A DNA stretch of 64,000 bases, taken from NCBI RefSeq assembly GCF_049554935.1, contig NZ_CP186926.1:1-64000 (forward strand), given 5' to 3'. The stretch comes from Methanocaldococcus indicus. GTDB taxonomy: Archaea > AGJL01 > Methanococci > Methanococcales > Methanocaldococcaceae. Shown here piece by piece: positions 51,387 to 64,000 of the stretch (positions are counted from its first letter, which is position 1; each line of letters starts with the position of its first letter). Below the pieces are notes generated by a model that did not search any database, had not been told where the DNA came from, and saw only the letters and a program-made list of their open reading frames with translations. A program made the position numbers and the translations under genes.

Positions 51387-52595
51387 ATGATAAAACAAAG
51401 ATGTATAGAATGTGGGAAAGAGTATAATGTTAATGAGGTAGTATATACTTGTGAATGTGGTGGTTTATTAGAAATAATTTATGACTATGATAGTATTGAA
51501 TTAGATAGAGATAGTTTTAAAGGTAGAGAGTTTGGAGTTTGGAGATATATTGAACTCCTCCCAGTTAAGGATAAAGATAAAATTGTATCATTAAAAGAAG
51601 GTAATACTCCTCTATATAGATGTAAGAATTTAGAGAAAGAACTTGGGATTAAAGAGTTGTATGTAAAAAATGAAGGGGCTAATCCAACAGGAAGTTTTAA
51701 GGATAGAGGAATGACAGTTGGAGTTAGTTTAGCTAATGTTTTGGGAGTTGATGTGGTAGGATGTGCTTCAACAGGAAATACATCTGCTTCATTAGCTGCT
51801 TATTCTGCTAAGGCAAATAAAAAATGTATTGTTCTTCTTCCAGAGGGAAAAGTTGCATTAGGAAAGTTAGCTCAAGCTATGTTTTATGGAGCTATGGTTA
51901 TAGAGATAGCTGGAAACTTTGATAAAGCTTTGGAAATGGTAAGAAAGTTGGCAGAAAATAAGTATCTCTATCTTTTAAATTCAGTTAATCCATTTAGATT
52001 AGAAGGACAAAAAACTATTGGTTTTGAGATAGCAGAACAGTTAAATTGGGATGTTCCTGATAGAGTGGTAGTTCCAGTTGGAAATGCTGGAAATATATCG
52101 GCGATATGGAAAGGTTTTAAAGAATTTTATAAGATTGGATTAATTGATAATCTACCAAAAATGACAGGAATACAAGCAGAAGGAGCTAAACCAATAGTAG
52201 AAGCTTTCAAAAGAGGAGATAAAGATATTAAACCTTATGATAATCCTGAGACAGTTGCAACAGCTATAAGAATTGGAAATCCTGTAAATGCTAAGAAGGC
52301 ATTAGATGCTATTTATTCATCAAATGGATATGCTGAATCAGTAAGTGATGAAGAAATTTTAGAAGCTCAAAAGTTATTAGCAAGAAGAGAAGGAATATTT
52401 GTTGAGCCAGCTTCAGCTTCATCAATTGCAGGATTAAAAAAACTCTTAGAAGAGGGAGTTATTGATAGAGATGAAAGAGTTGTATGTATAACAACAGGAC
52501 ATGGTTTAAAAGACCCAGATACTGCTATAAAGGCATGTGAGAAACCTATTAAAGTTAAAGATATGGATGAGTTATTAAAGATTATTAAAAACTAA
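51387..52595 (+). CDS. thrC: Threonine synthase
   Basis: NPTGSFKDRG, CASTGNTS, PVGNAGN, TGHGLKD. Confidence 0.96.
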   Translation: MIKQRCIECGKEYNVNEVVYTCECGGLLEIIYDYDSIELDRDSFKGREFGVWRYIELLPVKDKDKIVSLKEGNTPLYRCKNLEKELGIKELYVKNEGANPTGSFKDRGMTVGVSLANVLGVDVVGCASTGNTSASLAAYSAKANKKCIVLLPEGKVALGKLAQAMFYGAMVIEIAGNFDKALEMVRKLAENKYLYLLNSVNPFRLEGQKTIGFEIAEQLNWDVPDRVVVPVGNAGNISAIWKGFKEFYKIGLIDNLPKMTGIQAEGAKPIVEAFKRGDKDIKPYDNPETVATAIRIGNPVNAKKALDAIYSSNGYAESVSDEEILEAQKLLARREGIFVEPASASSIAGLKKLLEEGVIDRDERVVCITTGHGLKDPDTAIKACEKPIKVKDMDELLKIIKN

Positions 52596-52615
52596 ATTAA
52601 AATTTTTTCTTTTTT

Positions 52616-53188
52616 GTGAGAATTATGAAGATAGTTGTATGCATAACTGGTGCTTCTGGTGTAGTTTATGGTAAGAGATTATTGGAAGTATTGAATAAAA
52701 AAAATATATCTGTTGATTTAATTATTTCAGAATCAGCTAAGAAGATAATAAAAGAGGAGTTAGATATCTCTTGGGAGAAGTTAAAAGATTTAGCCAACAA
52801 CTACTACAATGAAGATGATTTTTTTTCACCTATTGCCTCTGGCTCAAATAAATTTGATGCAGTTGTTATATCCCCCTGTTCTATGAAAACATTATCAGCA
52901 GTTGCAAATGGTTACTCTTACAATTTAATTGTTAGAGTTGCAGACATAGCCCTAAAAGAAAGAAGGAAATTAATCATTTTACCAAGAGAAACCCCTTTAA
53001 ATAGCATCCACTTAGAAAATATGCTTAAACTTTCAAATTTAGGAGCAATAATAATGCCACCAATTCCAGCTTTTTATACAAAACCTAAAACTGTTGATGA
53101 TATCATTGACTTTATTGTGGGAAGAGTTTTAGATTTGTTAAATATTGAGAATAATTTATATAGAAGGTGGGGAAAGGATGTTGGATAG
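52616..53188 (+). CDS. ubiX: Flavin prenyltransferase
   Basis: [30 protein letters not shown]. Confidence 0.95.
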   Translation: MRIMKIVVCITGASGVVYGKRLLEVLNKKNISVDLIISESAKKIIKEELDISWEKLKDLANNYYNEDDFFSPIASGSNKFDAVVISPCSMKTLSAVANGYSYNLIVRVADIALKERRKLIILPRETPLNSIHLENMLKLSNLGAIIMPPIPAFYTKPKTVDDIIDFIVGRVLDLLNIENNLYRRWGKDVG

Positions 53189-54524
53189 ATTAGGAGAACA
53201 ACTAAACAAAGCACTAAATAAAATAAAAACTGCTGTTTTTGTTGATAAAAAGCTAATTAAAGAGGTTGTTAGAGATATACAAAGAGCTTTAATCCAAGCA
53301 GATGTCAATGTCAAACTTGTTTTAAAAATGAGTAAAGAGATTGAGAGAAGAGCATTAGAAGAAGAGCCACCAAAAGGTTTCTCTAAGAAAGAGCATATTA
53401 TAAAGATAGTTTATGAAGAGTTAGTTAAATTATTGGGAGAAGAAGCAAAAGAACTTAACATTAAGCCAAATAAAAGAAATGTTATAATGCTTGTAGGTAT
53501 TCAAGGTAGTGGAAAAACTACAACAGCAGCTAAACTTGCAAGATACTTAAAAAAGCATGGTTATAGAGTTGCTTTAATTGCAGCAGATATTTATAGACCA
53601 GCAGCTTATGAGCAACTTTTGCAGTTGGCTAAAAAAATAGATGTTCCTGTATATGGAAATAAAGAAAAAACTCCTGAGGAGATAGTTAAAGAAGGTTTGG
53701 AGAAATTTAAAAATGTTGATGTAGTTATAATAGATACAGCAGGGAGACATAAGGAAGAGAAATCTCTTTTAGAAGAGATGAAAAGATTAAAGGAGATTGC
53801 TAATCCTGATGAAATCATTTTAGTTATAGATGGAACTATTGGACAGCAAGCTAAGACACAAGCTAAGGCATTTAAAGAAGCTGTTGGGGAGATTGGAAGT
53901 ATAATAGTTACTAAATTGGATGGTTCTGCTAAAGGAGGAGGTGCTTTAAGTGCAGTTGCAGAGATAAAAGCACCAATAAAATTTATTGGAGTTGGAGAGA
54001 AGATAGATGATTTAGAAGAGTTTGACCCTAAAAAGTTCATATCCAGATTGTTAGGAATGGGAGATTTAGATACACTCTTACAAAAAGCAGAGGAGATAGT
54101 TGAAGATAAAAAGGCTGAGGAAAGTATAGAGGCAATAATGAAAGGTAAATTTACATTAAATGAGCTTTATTCACAATTAGAAGCAATAGAAAATATGGGC
54201 TCTATGAAAAAAATTTTAAGTATGATTCCAGGTTTAAGTGGAATGCCAAAAGAACTCTCTCATCTAACTGAGGCAAAAATAAAAAGATATAAGGTAATAA
54301 TAAGCTCAATGACAAAAGAAGAAAGAGAAAATCCAAAGATTATAAAGGCATCAAGAATTAGAAGAATAGCAAGAGGTTCAGGTAGTAAAGAAGAAGAGGT
54401 TAGGGAAGTTTTAAGATACTATGAAACAACAAGAAAGGCAGTAGAACAAATAAGAAAAGGTAAGATGTTAAAAATTGGTGGGCCATTAGGACAAATATTA
54501 AGACAACTTATGTATAAAGAATAA
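53178..54524 (+). CDS. srp54: Signal recognition particle protein SRP54
   Basis: [29 protein letters not shown] domain [11 protein letters not shown]. Confidence 0.98.
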   Translation: MLDRLGEQLNKALNKIKTAVFVDKKLIKEVVRDIQRALIQADVNVKLVLKMSKEIERRALEEEPPKGFSKKEHIIKIVYEELVKLLGEEAKELNIKPNKRNVIMLVGIQGSGKTTTAAKLARYLKKHGYRVALIAADIYRPAAYEQLLQLAKKIDVPVYGNKEKTPEEIVKEGLEKFKNVDVVIIDTAGRHKEEKSLLEEMKRLKEIANPDEIILVIDGTIGQQAKTQAKAFKEAVGEIGSIIVTKLDGSAKGGGALSAVAEIKAPIKFIGVGEKIDDLEEFDPKKFISRLLGMGDLDTLLQKAEEIVEDKKAEESIEAIMKGKFTLNELYSQLEAIENMGSMKKILSMIPGLSGMPKELSHLTEAKIKRYKVIISSMTKEERENPKIIKASRIRRIARGSGSKEEEVREVLRYYETTRKAVEQIRKGKMLKIGGPLGQILRQLMYKE

Positions 54525-54539
54525 AAAAGAGGGATATCA

Positions 54540-56186
54540 ATGGAAGAAGTAATTAGAGAGATAGCTATAAAGAACAGGTTAAGGTATGGGCAAGCTAATC
54601 CTAAGAAAGTTTTAGGAATATTTCTATCAGAAAATCCTGAATATAAAAAGAAAGCTAAGGAAATCCTTCCAAAAATTGAGAAAATTGTTGAGGAAATAAA
54701 TAATATTCCAGAAGATGAGTTTAAAGAGCTCTCTAAAAACATATCTTTAGAGAGTAAGAAGAAAGAGAGAGAATTAATTTTACCAAATGTTAAGGACAAG
54801 GTTGTTTTAAGATTTGCTCCTAATCCTTCTGGTCCATTACATATAGGACATGCAAGAGCAGCTGTGTTAAATGATTATTTTGCAAAAAAATACAATGGTA
54901 AGTTTATTTTAAGATTAGAAGATACAGACCCTAAGAGAGTATTAAAAGAAGCTTATGAAATGATAAAAGAGGATTTAGATTGGTTAAATGTAAAAGTTGA
55001 TGAAGTTGTTATTCAATCAGATAGATTAGATATATACTACAAATATGGAGAAGAGCTTATAAAAATGGGAAAAGCTTATGTTTGTGAGTGTAATCCAGAA
55101 GATTTTAGAGAATTGAGGAATAAAGGAATTCCTTGTAAGTGTAGAGATAGGGATATAGAGGAAAATTTGGAGTTATGGAAAAAAATGCTAAATGGAGAGT
55201 TAAAAGCAGTTGTAAGGTTAAAAACAGATATAAAACATAAAAATCCATCTATAAGAGATTTTCCAATATTTAGAGTTGAAAAAACACCTCATCCAAGAGT
55301 AGGGGATAAATATGTTGTATATCCATTAATGAACTTTTCAGTTCCAATTGATGACCATCTTTTAGGAGTTACTCATGTTTTAAGAGGAAAAGACCATATT
55401 GTAAATACTGAAAAACAAAAATATATATATAAATATTTCAATTGGAATATGCCAGAATTTATACATTATGGAATTTTAAAAATAGAGGATACAGTTTTAA
55501 GCACATCTCAAATATATGAAGGAATTAAAAAAGGGCTATATTCTGGATGGGATGATGTAAGATTAGGAACATTAAGAGCTCTAAGAAGGAGAGGAATTAG
55601 AGCAGAGGCAATATATAAAATTATGATAAAGATAGGGATAAAACAGGCAGATGTTAGATTTTCTTGGGAAAATCTATATGCTATAAACAAAGAGCTAATA
55701 GATAAAGAAGCTAAAAGATACTTCTTTGTATGGAATCCTAAAAAAATGATAGTTAAAGATGCAGAAGAAAGAGTTATAAAACTTAGAAAACATCCAGATA
55801 GAGAAGATTTTGGAGTTAGAGAACTCTTTTTCAATGGAAAGATATATGTTGTTAATGATGAGATAGAAGAGAATAAAATGTATAGATTAATGGAGTTGTT
55901 TAACATAGTTGTTGAAAAAGTAGAAGATGATAAAATTATAGCTAAATATCATTCAGATGACTTTAAAATAGCAAGAAAAAATAAAGCTAAAATTATCCAC
56001 TGGATACCAATAGATGGAGCAATTAAAACAAAAGTACTTATGCCATCTGGGGAGATAAAAGAAGGTTTAGCTGAAAAAGATTTTAATGAAGTTAAAGAAG
56101 ATGAAATTATTCAATTTGAAAGATTTGGATTTTGTAGAGTAGACAAAAAAGATAATATAGTAGTTTGTTGCTATACCCATAGATGA
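54540..56186 (+). CDS. gltX: Glutamate--tRNA ligase
   Basis: [34 protein letters not shown]. Confidence 0.97.
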   Translation: MEEVIREIAIKNRLRYGQANPKKVLGIFLSENPEYKKKAKEILPKIEKIVEEINNIPEDEFKELSKNISLESKKKERELILPNVKDKVVLRFAPNPSGPLHIGHARAAVLNDYFAKKYNGKFILRLEDTDPKRVLKEAYEMIKEDLDWLNVKVDEVVIQSDRLDIYYKYGEELIKMGKAYVCECNPEDFRELRNKGIPCKCRDRDIEENLELWKKMLNGELKAVVRLKTDIKHKNPSIRDFPIFRVEKTPHPRVGDKYVVYPLMNFSVPIDDHLLGVTHVLRGKDHIVNTEKQKYIYKYFNWNMPEFIHYGILKIEDTVLSTSQIYEGIKKGLYSGWDDVRLGTLRALRRRGIRAEAIYKIMIKIGIKQADVRFSWENLYAINKELIDKEAKRYFFVWNPKKMIVKDAEERVIKLRKHPDREDFGVRELFFNGKIYVVNDEIEENKMYRLMELFNIVVEKVEDDKIIAKYHSDDFKIARKNKAKIIHWIPIDGAIKTKVLMPSGEIKEGLAEKDFNEVKEDEIIQFERFGFCRVDKKDNIVVCCYTHR

Positions 56187-56250
56187 GTCTGATTGTTTAT
56201 ATTATTAAATTTTCTAATTAAGTTTTCTTGCTTTTATATACCCCCTTTCG

Positions 56251-56307
56251 AATAAGGATGAACAGCCAGGGTTTGAATCGTTAGTCCATTAAAACAAGGA
56301 TGGAAAT
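56251..56307 (+). repeat. Solitary CRISPR-type 37-bp repeat (56271-56307) behind a leader-like segment (copy B)
   Basis: AATAAGGATGAACAGCCAGG + GTTTGAATCGTTAGTCCATTAAAACAAGGATGGAAAT; TTTATATA box at 56233-56240; no second repeat downstream. Confidence 0.78.
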
Positions 56308-56450
56308 TTATAAGATTTCTATTTTATTTGTTAGTTTTACTATTTTTATTTATAGCTAAAAATTTAAATATATAATAATATAAAAATAAATAACTTTTTT
56401 AATAAAATCATTAATAAAAAAATTAATCCAAAAATAATAAAAGTGAAATT

Positions 56451-58421
56451 ATGAACATTTTTGATATTTATTACAAAAAATTTTCAGAGTTAATAGAGTT
56501 AGAAAGAAACTATGAAAAAGAGTTTCACAAGAAAGAAATTTTAAGATTGGGCAAAAAAAGAGAAAATGTAGGAAGAGCAATATTAAATTTAAAAGCTAAA
56601 TTTTTAGGAGAAAGTTTAGGTTGTAAATTAGTAAGATTTGGTAGAAAGAAGGAAATAAAAACTGAAATATCTCCTGGAGATGTTGTTTTAGTTAGTAGAG
56701 GCGAGCCATTAAAAAGTGATTTGTATGGGAATGTTGTTTATGTTGGAAAGAGCTTTATAGATGTAGCTTTTGATGTAGATTTACCAAAATGGCTATTTAA
56801 AGAAAGGGTTAGATTGGATTTATTTGTTAATGATATAACATTTAAGAGAATGAAAGAAGCATTAAAAGAGTTTGTAGAAAAAAGAGAAAAATTAGCTTTA
56901 ATAATTTTAGGTTTAGAAAAGCCAGAGAAATCATTTAAAACTGATATAAATTTAGAATTTGGAGATAAAAAACTTAACATATATCAAAAAAAAGCTGTTA
57001 AAGAAGCTATTTTAAGCAGAGATTTATATCTTATTCATGGACCTCCAGGGACTGGAAAGACAAGAACTTTAACAGAAGTAATATATCAGGAGGTTAAATT
57101 CAATAAACATAGAGTTTTAGCAACAGCTGACTCAAATACAGCAGCAGATAACATATTAGAGTATCTTTTAAAAAAATATCCAGATTTAAGAGTTGTAAGA
57201 GTTGGACATCCTACAAGAATCTCAAAAGAGCTAATTGAACACTCACTCCCATATTTAATAGAATGCCATGAGAAGTATGAAGAAATTAAACAATTAAAAG
57301 CAAAAATTTTATTATTAAAAGAGGAAAGAGATAAATATACTAAACCTTCTCCCAAATGGAGAAGAGGTTTGAGTGATGAGCAAATACTAAAACTATCAAA
57401 AAAGAAAAAAAGTGTTAGAGGTATCCCAAAAGAAAAGTTAGAAAGTATGTCAAAATGGATTTTAAAGAATATTAAACTAAAAAAGATAGTAGATAGAATA
57501 GAGAAACTAAGCAAAGAAATTATTCATGATATTATACTAAATTCTGATGTTGTTGTATCAACAAACTCTATGGCTGGAAGTGAAATTTTAAAAGATTATC
57601 ACTTTGATGTTGTTGTTATAGATGAAGGTAGCCAAGCTATGGAGCCAAGTTGTTTAATCCCAATAGTTAGGGGAGATAAACTTATTATGGCAGGAGACCA
57701 TAAGCAACTACCACCAACAGTTTTAAGTGAAAATGAAGAACTTAAAAAAACTTTATTTGAAAAGTTAATTAACATGTATCCAGAATTTTCAACTATTTTA
57801 GAAATACAGTATAGAATGAATGAGAAGATTATGGAATTTCCAAATAAAATGTTCTATAACAATAAATTAAAGGCAGCTGAAGAAGTTAAAAATATAACTT
57901 TGATGGACTTAGTTGATAAAGTTGAGGAAGAAGATAAAGATATTGTTAATAAAATTCCTGTCCAATTTTTCCATATAGATGGAAAAGAAAGAAAAGAAAA
58001 AGAATCATTCTCATACTACAATATTGAGGAAGCTGAGAAAGTTTTAGAAGTTGTAAAAAAACTTATTAAGTATAATATTCCTGTTAGTGTCATATCCCCT
58101 TATGATGCCCAAGTTAGATATATTAGAAAGCTGTTTGAGAAAAATAATATAGATGTAGAGGTTAATACAGTTGATGGTTATCAAGGAAGAGAAAATGAAG
58201 CTATTGTTATATCATTTGTCAGAACTGAAAAATTTGGATTTTTGAAAGATTTAAGAAGATTAAATGTAGCTATAACAAGAGCTAAAAGAAAATTAATCAT
58301 TATTGGAAATGAAAAACTATTAAAGAAAGATAGTGTTTATAATGAACTTGTAAAATGGGCTAAGCAAGTTGAGATGGGTGAAAATGTTGATAGGAACTCC
58401 ATTATCAAAAAATGCAATTAA
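56451..58421 (+). CDS. SF1 helicase, Upf1/IGHMBP2/DNA2-NAM7 family
   Basis: [49 protein letters not shown]. Confidence 0.94.
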   Translation: MNIFDIYYKKFSELIELERNYEKEFHKKEILRLGKKRENVGRAILNLKAKFLGESLGCKLVRFGRKKEIKTEISPGDVVLVSRGEPLKSDLYGNVVYVGKSFIDVAFDVDLPKWLFKERVRLDLFVNDITFKRMKEALKEFVEKREKLALIILGLEKPEKSFKTDINLEFGDKKLNIYQKKAVKEAILSRDLYLIHGPPGTGKTRTLTEVIYQEVKFNKHRVLATADSNTAADNILEYLLKKYPDLRVVRVGHPTRISKELIEHSLPYLIECHEKYEEIKQLKAKILLLKEERDKYTKPSPKWRRGLSDEQILKLSKKKKSVRGIPKEKLESMSKWILKNIKLKKIVDRIEKLSKEIIHDIILNSDVVVSTNSMAGSEILKDYHFDVVVIDEGSQAMEPSCLIPIVRGDKLIMAGDHKQLPPTVLSENEELKKTLFEKLINMYPEFSTILEIQYRMNEKIMEFPNKMFYNNKLKAAEEVKNITLMDLVDKVEEEDKDIVNKIPVQFFHIDGKERKEKESFSYYNIEEAEKVLEVVKKLIKYNIPVSVISPYDAQVRYIRKLFEKNNIDVEVNTVDGYQGRENEAIVISFVRTEKFGFLKDLRRLNVAITRAKRKLIIIGNEKLLKKDSVYNELVKWAKQVEMGENVDRNSIIKKCN

Positions 58422-59550
58422 ATTTATGTTATTAGGTAGTGGAGAGCTTGGAAAGGAGGTTGTTATTGAAGCACAAAGGTTAGGAATAGAGTGTATAGCA
58501 GTAGATAGGTATCAATTTGCTCCTGCAATGCAAGTAGCGCATAGAAGTTATATAACAAATATGAAAGATTATGATGCTCTATTATCAATAATTGAGAGAG
58601 AAAATCCAGACTATATCATTCCTGAGATTGAGGCAATAAATATAGATGTTTTATTAGATGTAGAGAAAGATTGTAAAGTTATTCCTAATGCCAAAGCAGT
58701 TAAAATAACAATGAATAGAGAAGAGTTAAGGAAGTTAGCAGATAGAAAATTAAATTTAAAGACTGCTAAATATGAATTTGCTAATAATATAGATGAACTT
58801 AAAGAAGCTATAGAAAAAATAGGATTTCCTTGTGTTGTTAAACCAATTATGTCATCATCTGGGAAAGGACAGAGTATAGTTAAAGATAGGGGAGATATAG
58901 AAAAAGCATGGATAAAAGCAAAAGAAGGAGCAAGAGGTTATGGTGAGAGGGTTATTGTAGAGGAGTTTATAGATTTTGATTATGAACTTACTTTATTAAC
59001 AGTTTCTTCAAATAATGAAGTGGAGTGTTGCCAACCAATAGGACATAGACAAGAAGAAGGAGACTATATTGAAAGTTGGCAACCTCATAAAGTATCTGAT
59101 GAAGTTAGAGAAAAAGCTGAGTATATAGCTAAAAAAATAGTTAAAGAACTTGGAGGGAATGGTATATTTGGAGTTGAGTTGTTTGTTAAAGATAATGAAG
59201 TTATTTTTAGTGAAGTATCTCCAAGACCTCATGATACAGGAATGGTTACAATGATAACTCAAGAGATGAGTGAGTTTGAACTACATGTAAGAGCTATTTT
59301 AAATTTACCAATATCAACAAAATTATTAACTCCTGGAGCTACTCATGTTATTAAATCAAAAATAAATAAATACTCTCCAATGTATAAGATAGATGAAGCT
59401 TTGAAAGTTCCAAATACTAAAATAAGATTATTTGGTAAGCCAAATGCAACTGTTGGTAGAAGAATGGGAGTAGTTTTATCTTATGCAGAAGATATAGAAA
59501 AAGCAAGAGAACTTGCAAGAAAAGCTGCTAATTTGGTTGAGATTTTATAA
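58384..59550 (+). CDS. purT: Formate-dependent phosphoribosylglycinamide formyltransferase
   Basis: [41 protein letters not shown]. Confidence 0.97.
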   Translation: MLIGTPLSKNAIKFMLLGSGELGKEVVIEAQRLGIECIAVDRYQFAPAMQVAHRSYITNMKDYDALLSIIERENPDYIIPEIEAINIDVLLDVEKDCKVIPNAKAVKITMNREELRKLADRKLNLKTAKYEFANNIDELKEAIEKIGFPCVVKPIMSSSGKGQSIVKDRGDIEKAWIKAKEGARGYGERVIVEEFIDFDYELTLLTVSSNNEVECCQPIGHRQEEGDYIESWQPHKVSDEVREKAEYIAKKIVKELGGNGIFGVELFVKDNEVIFSEVSPRPHDTGMVTMITQEMSEFELHVRAILNLPISTKLLTPGATHVIKSKINKYSPMYKIDEALKVPNTKIRLFGKPNATVGRRMGVVLSYAEDIEKARELARKAANLVEIL

Positions 59551-60669
59551 TATCCTTTTTATAGCATTCCAAATTAAAAAAGATTGAGGTTTAAGAGTTC
59601 CATTAATAGGATTCAGGAAAAGGATATTTTTATTAATTAAGTATATATAGATAGGAGTAGGAATTTCCTTTCTATTAACTTCATATTTATTTTTAAATAA
59701 TTTTAAAGCTTTAATTACATCATCTTTCTTTATTTCAATAATTTCATCTCCAATTTTTATTTTTGGTTTAATATAATTTAAAGTTTCTAAGAATATCTCC
59801 AACTTTTGAATTTCCTCTTTAAGCATTAAATCTAATATATTCTCTAATTTTTTATATCTCATTTCATCAATTACATTGTAAATATCTCCAGGTTTTCCAC
59901 CAACATAGGAGTAAATTAACTCTTTCTCTTCATTAGATAATTTTTTATTCAATATATTATCAGATAAAAAGTCCATAAATTTTAAAGATGTTTCTTTATC
60001 AAAGTCATCAACTAAAATATACTTAGCTCTACCTTCCAACTCTCCAGTAGTATAAATATACTCAATAAATAAACTATCTGAACTCAAACAGAAAACATGA
60101 CATAAATGTTGAACTTTGGTTAATGTAACTAAGAATTGGAATAAGCTCCACAATAACAATCTATTTCCATTTAAAGTTATTTCTTTAATCATCTGCAATT
60201 CATCAAGTATTAAAATTGGCTTTTTACCTTTTTCATTTATTTTAGCAAATAAATACTCAATATACTGATAAACATCTCCAGATTTATCTTTTTTGTTAAA
60301 AATTTTATCAAAAAATGGTTTTGGTATTTTAATAGGCATTCCTAAGTAATAATTAGTTAAATCATCTGAGCTCTTAACTAACAACTCAGCTAATGATTTA
60401 GCATACTCCCTAAAATCATCTACTTTTGACTTTTCATCTACTTCAAATAAACACTCAATAAAATTATCAACATTCACAATATTCCTTGCCCTAAAATCAA
60501 TAAAGAATGGAACATATTTAGATTTATCTAACCTATTTGATATAATTTCTCTCATTAGTGTAAATTTCCCACTATTCAAAGGTCCATATACAAAATATAT
60601 TTGATTAGGAACACTTTCTAAAATTGCTAAAATCTCTTTTATCTCCTTTTCTCTATTGAAAAATTTCAT
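59545..60669 (-). CDS. MJ-type archaeal ATPase (expanded Methanococcales family) with atypical Walker A
   Basis: [44 protein letters not shown]. Confidence 0.88.
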   Translation of the reverse strand: MKFFNREKEIKEILAILESVPNQIYFVYGPLNSGKFTLMREIISNRLDKSKYVPFFIDFRARNIVNVDNFIECLFEVDEKSKVDDFREYAKSLAELLVKSSDDLTNYYLGMPIKIPKPFFDKIFNKKDKSGDVYQYIEYLFAKINEKGKKPILILDELQMIKEITLNGNRLLLWSLFQFLVTLTKVQHLCHVFCLSSDSLFIEYIYTTGELEGRAKYILVDDFDKETSLKFMDFLSDNILNKKLSNEEKELIYSYVGGKPGDIYNVIDEMRYKKLENILDLMLKEEIQKLEIFLETLNYIKPKIKIGDEIIEIKKDDVIKALKLFKNKYEVNRKEIPTPIYIYLINKNILFLNPINGTLKPQSFLIWNAIKRIL

Positions 60670-60701
60670 ATTTACACCAAAAAATTTGGAGAATTGCATA
60701 T

Positions 60702-63700
60702 TTAAGTAATAAGTGATTTTAGAATTTCCAATTTCTCTAACAATTCATTGTTATCTCTTAAATCTTCTGAAGTAGAGGTAATTAAAACTTTATCATTTAG
60801 TTTAGTATCTTTATTTAATTCATTTATTCTAATTATTTGGAAACCTTTTTCTCTATATAACCTTTCTTTTTCTTCTTGTCTTGCTAAGTATTCCTCAGTT
60901 GTCATTCCATAATGTTCCCAAAGAATTATTTTATTGTTACTATATAATTCAAAATCTGGAAGCACTCCAAGCTCTAAAAACTTAGAAAGTGGTTCATACT
61001 CATAGTTTATACCTACCTTATTGAAAAAATTAGCTAAAATACATTCTTGCCAACTTCTAACTTTTTCTCCATTAATGGTTATAATATTTCTTTCATTTGC
61101 ATAAGGAATAATATAGGAAATATTAAAATTATTGAATAAATTTGTTTTTCTTCTTGCTAATTCAGATACAGTTACATCAATAAAGTTTTTAATATCATCT
61201 TCAACAATTATGTATAATCTTTCCTTAGCTCTTGTTATTGCAGTATATATCATTTCCTTTGATACAAATTTTCCTAAGTTTTTGGGAATAATTAAGATTA
61301 CATTATTAAAGCCACTACCTTGAGATTTATGTATTGTTATAGAATATGCATGTTCTAAATAATCTATAATAGGTTTATTTAATTCACAAGAAGCATTAGG
61401 GACATAAAACTTAATTTTGAATATTTGTTTTCTATATCCATTTGTTCTTTTCCAATAACTGTAAATATATCCCATCATTCCATTAAATACTCCATTTTCT
61501 AAAGTATTTCTATCATAGTTGTATATTTTGTACTCATATATGTTTTTATTTACAATTACTTTATCTCCTACATTATTATTTCCATAGAACCAGTGTTTTA
61601 TCATATATTTCCTAAATCTTTCAGGGACATATTTAGATTCATGTTTAATGAATAGGTTAATATTATAACTACCAAATCTTTTAGTTTTTGTTGGAGATAA
61701 TATTTGGAGATTATCATTGAACACAGCAAAGTCAAAGAAATTTGAATTATTTTCAGATAAAATTTTGTCTATTGCATTTTCTAAGGATTTCTTTAAATCT
61801 TTTGTTACTTCTATGGTTATAATTTCATTTCCACTATCATCTTTTATAACAATTTTATTGTTATCATCTATCTTATTTTCTTTTAAAATATTATCTAATA
61901 TTTTTTCTTTTTCTTCATAGTCTATATCAATAAACAATTTTGATAATTCATTTATTTTTTCAGATTTGGCTCTTAAAGGTATTTCAAGCTTTGCTATTAA
62001 ATCTTTATTAACTTTATTTAAATGCACATATATATCATGGAATGGTTTTCCTGCATCTACTGGTGGTAGTTGATTTATATCTCCTACAAAAATTATTCTT
62101 TTGGCTTTTATACATTTAAATAAATCTCCTAATGTTATCAAATCTATCATTGAGCTTTCATCTAATATTAAAGTATCTATTTTCAGTTTATTATCGACAT
62201 CTTTCAATATGTAATAATCAAAGTCAAAGTATTCTCTAAAGTTTGTAGCTAAAAATCTATGGATAGTCATTACCTTTATATTGTTATTCTCTCTAATTCT
62301 TTCTTTTAAAACCATTGCAGCTTTTCCTGTTGGTGTTAAAATGTATATTTTCTCATTTTTTAACAGTTCTACAACAGCTCTTATAACTTCACTTTTTCCT
62401 ACTCCTGCTGCACCAGTTAGAATAGAAACATTATTTTTAACTAATTTCAATACAGCATCTATTTGTTGAGATAGGGCTTTTTCATATTTTTCTTTATCAA
62501 TTTCTATATTCTCCTTTTTAAGTAATTTTTCAATATCATCTCTTTTTATTTGAATCTCCCTTATTTCTTTGTTTATAAGCTCATTTATTGTATTTTCAAT
62601 TATCTCCTCATATTTTCTAATTTCTTTTAGAGTATAGATAGTTATAGTCTCATTATCAACAGTTATCTCGTTAATATCTACTTTCTCTTTAAATAATGAT
62701 AAATTATTATTTAAGATTTCTTTAAATTTGTTAAAATCAATGTCTAATTTTTCTAATTCATTTTTTATATCTGTATCAGCTATTGTTGTATTTCCTTTCA
62801 GTAGATTATCTTTTAATATTTCAACCAATATTGCTCTATATCTGTAAGGATTATCTAAATTATAGTTCTCACTTAACCTTCTTTTTTCTCCATTATCAAT
62901 TTCTATAAATCTAAATCCTTCAAAATCATCTTTTCTTTTTAAATCTTCAACTAATGTATAAGGATTTTTTAGGATATCATCTATATTGATATATCCTTTA
63001 TCAATCTGTTCTTTTATACATTTTATAGAATGGGATGTTATGTTATAGTATGGAAGATATTCAATTAGAAGTTTTTTAAATTTTTCATCAATATTTTTGT
63101 TATTTGATATTTCATTTTTAGTTTTATTATATAATTCCTCTTCTTTTTGTTCTTCTAATGCTGCTAAATAATCTCTATAACTATTGTTATCCCCAAGATA
63201 GTATCTTACAGCTGCTAATCCAGGATACTTAGATTTTAAGTTTTTTAATCTTTGAATAGCCAATCTTACATTATCTTTATAATCTACAAAATTTCTTAAT
63301 AAATAACCTCTAAATGCTTTTTCTCCATAAAGATACTCTTTAAAGTTCTTATTTTCCTCTAAAAATGCATCCCAATTTTTTAGACACTCTAAAACTTCTT
63401 CAAAAATTTCAATAGCAACATCATCAGAGATAAAGTTTGCACTTTTGAAATAATTTCTATACTTTCCTAAATCAAATACTAAATTATCTGGAATAGGAAT
63501 ATCTTTTTCTTTACAGTATTTTATTAACTCTTGATAAGGAAATACAAAAACAACATCATCCTCTAAATTAAAATCAACTTGCCCTCCAATACGTTTTTGA
63601 GTTCTAATTCCAAGATTTTTAATATCTCTTACTTTCACACAGCCAATTAAAACTTTATTCTCAGATAATGGATTTTCTCTAACATAAATAAAACAATACT

Positions 63701-64000
63701 TACCTATACAACTTCTTATAATCTCTAAATCTTCATTTGTATTATTTGTATATCTAACATAAGGTACTCTCCCAAAATTAGGAATCTTAAAATCTGCAAA
63801 CATTAGTGATTCAAAGCATGGTATTGAATAATTTTTTAGGATAGTATCTAATTTTTCTCTTGGATGATTTAAACAACTAACAACTTCTCTATGATAATCT
63901 CTATCTCTTCTAATTACTCCATATTTCCCAGCTCTAACATATCTAAAGCTCTCACAATAATTATTTTCTCTTGGATTTTCACAAAAATGACCATTCCATC
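60702..64000 (-). CDS. Large RecD-like SF1B helicase with C-terminal nuclease domain (5' end outside window)
   Basis: [50 protein letters not shown]; tail RSWQE...YEYE...PDF...WEHYG; frame stays open from 63803 to the window edge ([15 protein letters not shown]...). Confidence 0.9.
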   Translation of the reverse strand, partial: WNGHFCENPRENNYCESFRYVRAGKYGVIRRDRDYHREVVSCLNHPREKLDTILKNYSIPCFESLMFADFKIPNFGRVPYVRYTNNTNEDLEIIRSCIGKYCFIYVRENPLSENKVLIGCVKVRDIKNLGIRTQKRIGGQVDFNLEDDVVFVFPYQELIKYCKEKDIPIPDNLVFDLGKYRNYFKSANFISDDVAIEIFEEVLECLKNWDAFLEENKNFKEYLYGEKAFRGYLLRNFVDYKDNVRLAIQRLKNLKSKYPGLAAVRYYLGDNNSYRDYLAALEEQKEEELYNKTKNEISNNKNIDEKFKKLLIEYLPYYNITSHSIKCIKEQIDKGYINIDDILKNPYTLVEDLKRKDDFEGFRFIEIDNGEKRRLSENYNLDNPYRYRAILVEILKDNLLKGNTTIADTDIKNELEKLDIDFNKFKEILNNNLSLFKEKVDINEITVDNETITIYTLKEIRKYEEIIENTINELINKEIREIQIKRDDIEKLLKKENIEIDKEKYEKALSQQIDAVLKLVKNNVSILTGAAGVGKSEVIRAVVELLKNEKIYILTPTGKAAMVLKERIRENNNIKVMTIHRFLATNFREYFDFDYYILKDVDNKLKIDTLILDESSMIDLITLGDLFKCIKAKRIIFVGDINQLPPVDAGKPFHDIYVHLNKVNKDLIAKLEIPLRAKSEKINELSKLFIDIDYEEKEKILDNILKENKIDDNNKIVIKDDSGNEIITIEVTKDLKKSLENAIDKILSENNSNFFDFAVFNDNLQILSPTKTKRFGSYNINLFIKHESKYVPERFRKYMIKHWFYGNNNVGDKVIVNKNIYEYKIYNYDRNTLENGVFNGMMGYIYSYWKRTNGYRKQIFKIKFYVPNASCELNKPIIDYLEHAYSITIHKSQGSGFNNVILIIPKNLGKFVSKEMIYTAITRAKERLYIIVEDDIKNFIDVTVSELARRKTNLFNNFNISYIIPYANERNIITINGEKVRSWQECILANFFNKVGINYEYEPLSKFLELGVLPDFELYSNNKIILWEHYGMTTEEYLARQEEKERLYREKGFQIIRINELNKDTKLNDKVLITSTSEDLRDNNELLEKLEILKSLIT

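Noticed and set aside
56271-56450. A full CRISPR array
   Set aside because: Only one repeat at each of the two loci; no repeat-spacer periodicity and no cas genes in the window
2975-62469. Many antisense or nested ORFs (e.g. 6603-7136, 11698-12375, 27693-28178, 53606-54040, 57086-57514)
   Set aside because: Shadow frames of well-supported genes, Ile/Phe/Ser-rich, no RBS or motifs
1-64000. Selenoprotein read-through, inteins and tRNA introns
   Set aside because: No gene shows an in-frame TGA at a catalytic Cys position, no protein has an intein-sized insertion, and all seven tRNAs are uninterrupted

Overview
AT-rich, gene-dense chromosomal segment of a hyperthermophilic methanogen (Methanococcales, most like Methanocaldococcus; species not determinable here). 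It is mostly housekeeping: glyS, ileS, gltX, srp54, secD, secG, psmA, aIF2-alpha, nop10, cbf5, NMD3, pyrI, tyrA, thrC, purT, coaBC, cbiD, cofH, hcp, lonB, HARP, seven tRNAs and one complete IS6-family element. The most interesting non-routine signals are: (1) a three-gene operon (18814-21865) with two paralogous, sequon-rich secreted beta-proteins ending in a pilin/WxL-like G-x-Y-x-G-x-I strand flanking a chaperone-like Ig protein, a candidate undescribed archaeal surface-filament system with a GC hairpin in its leader; (2) two dispersed solitary 37-bp CRISPR-type repeats, each behind a shared leader-like 20-mer, with no array or cas genes; (3) a chlI/chlD chelatase gene split exactly at an A14 run (programmed slippage candidate); (4) a stem pairing the rps15 5' leader with its own coding region around the RBS and start codon; (5) an unannotated C/D box guide RNA; (6) a large RecD-like helicase-nuclease beside an MJ-type ATPase at the right edge. 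All calls come from reading the sequence and motifs; no searches were run.
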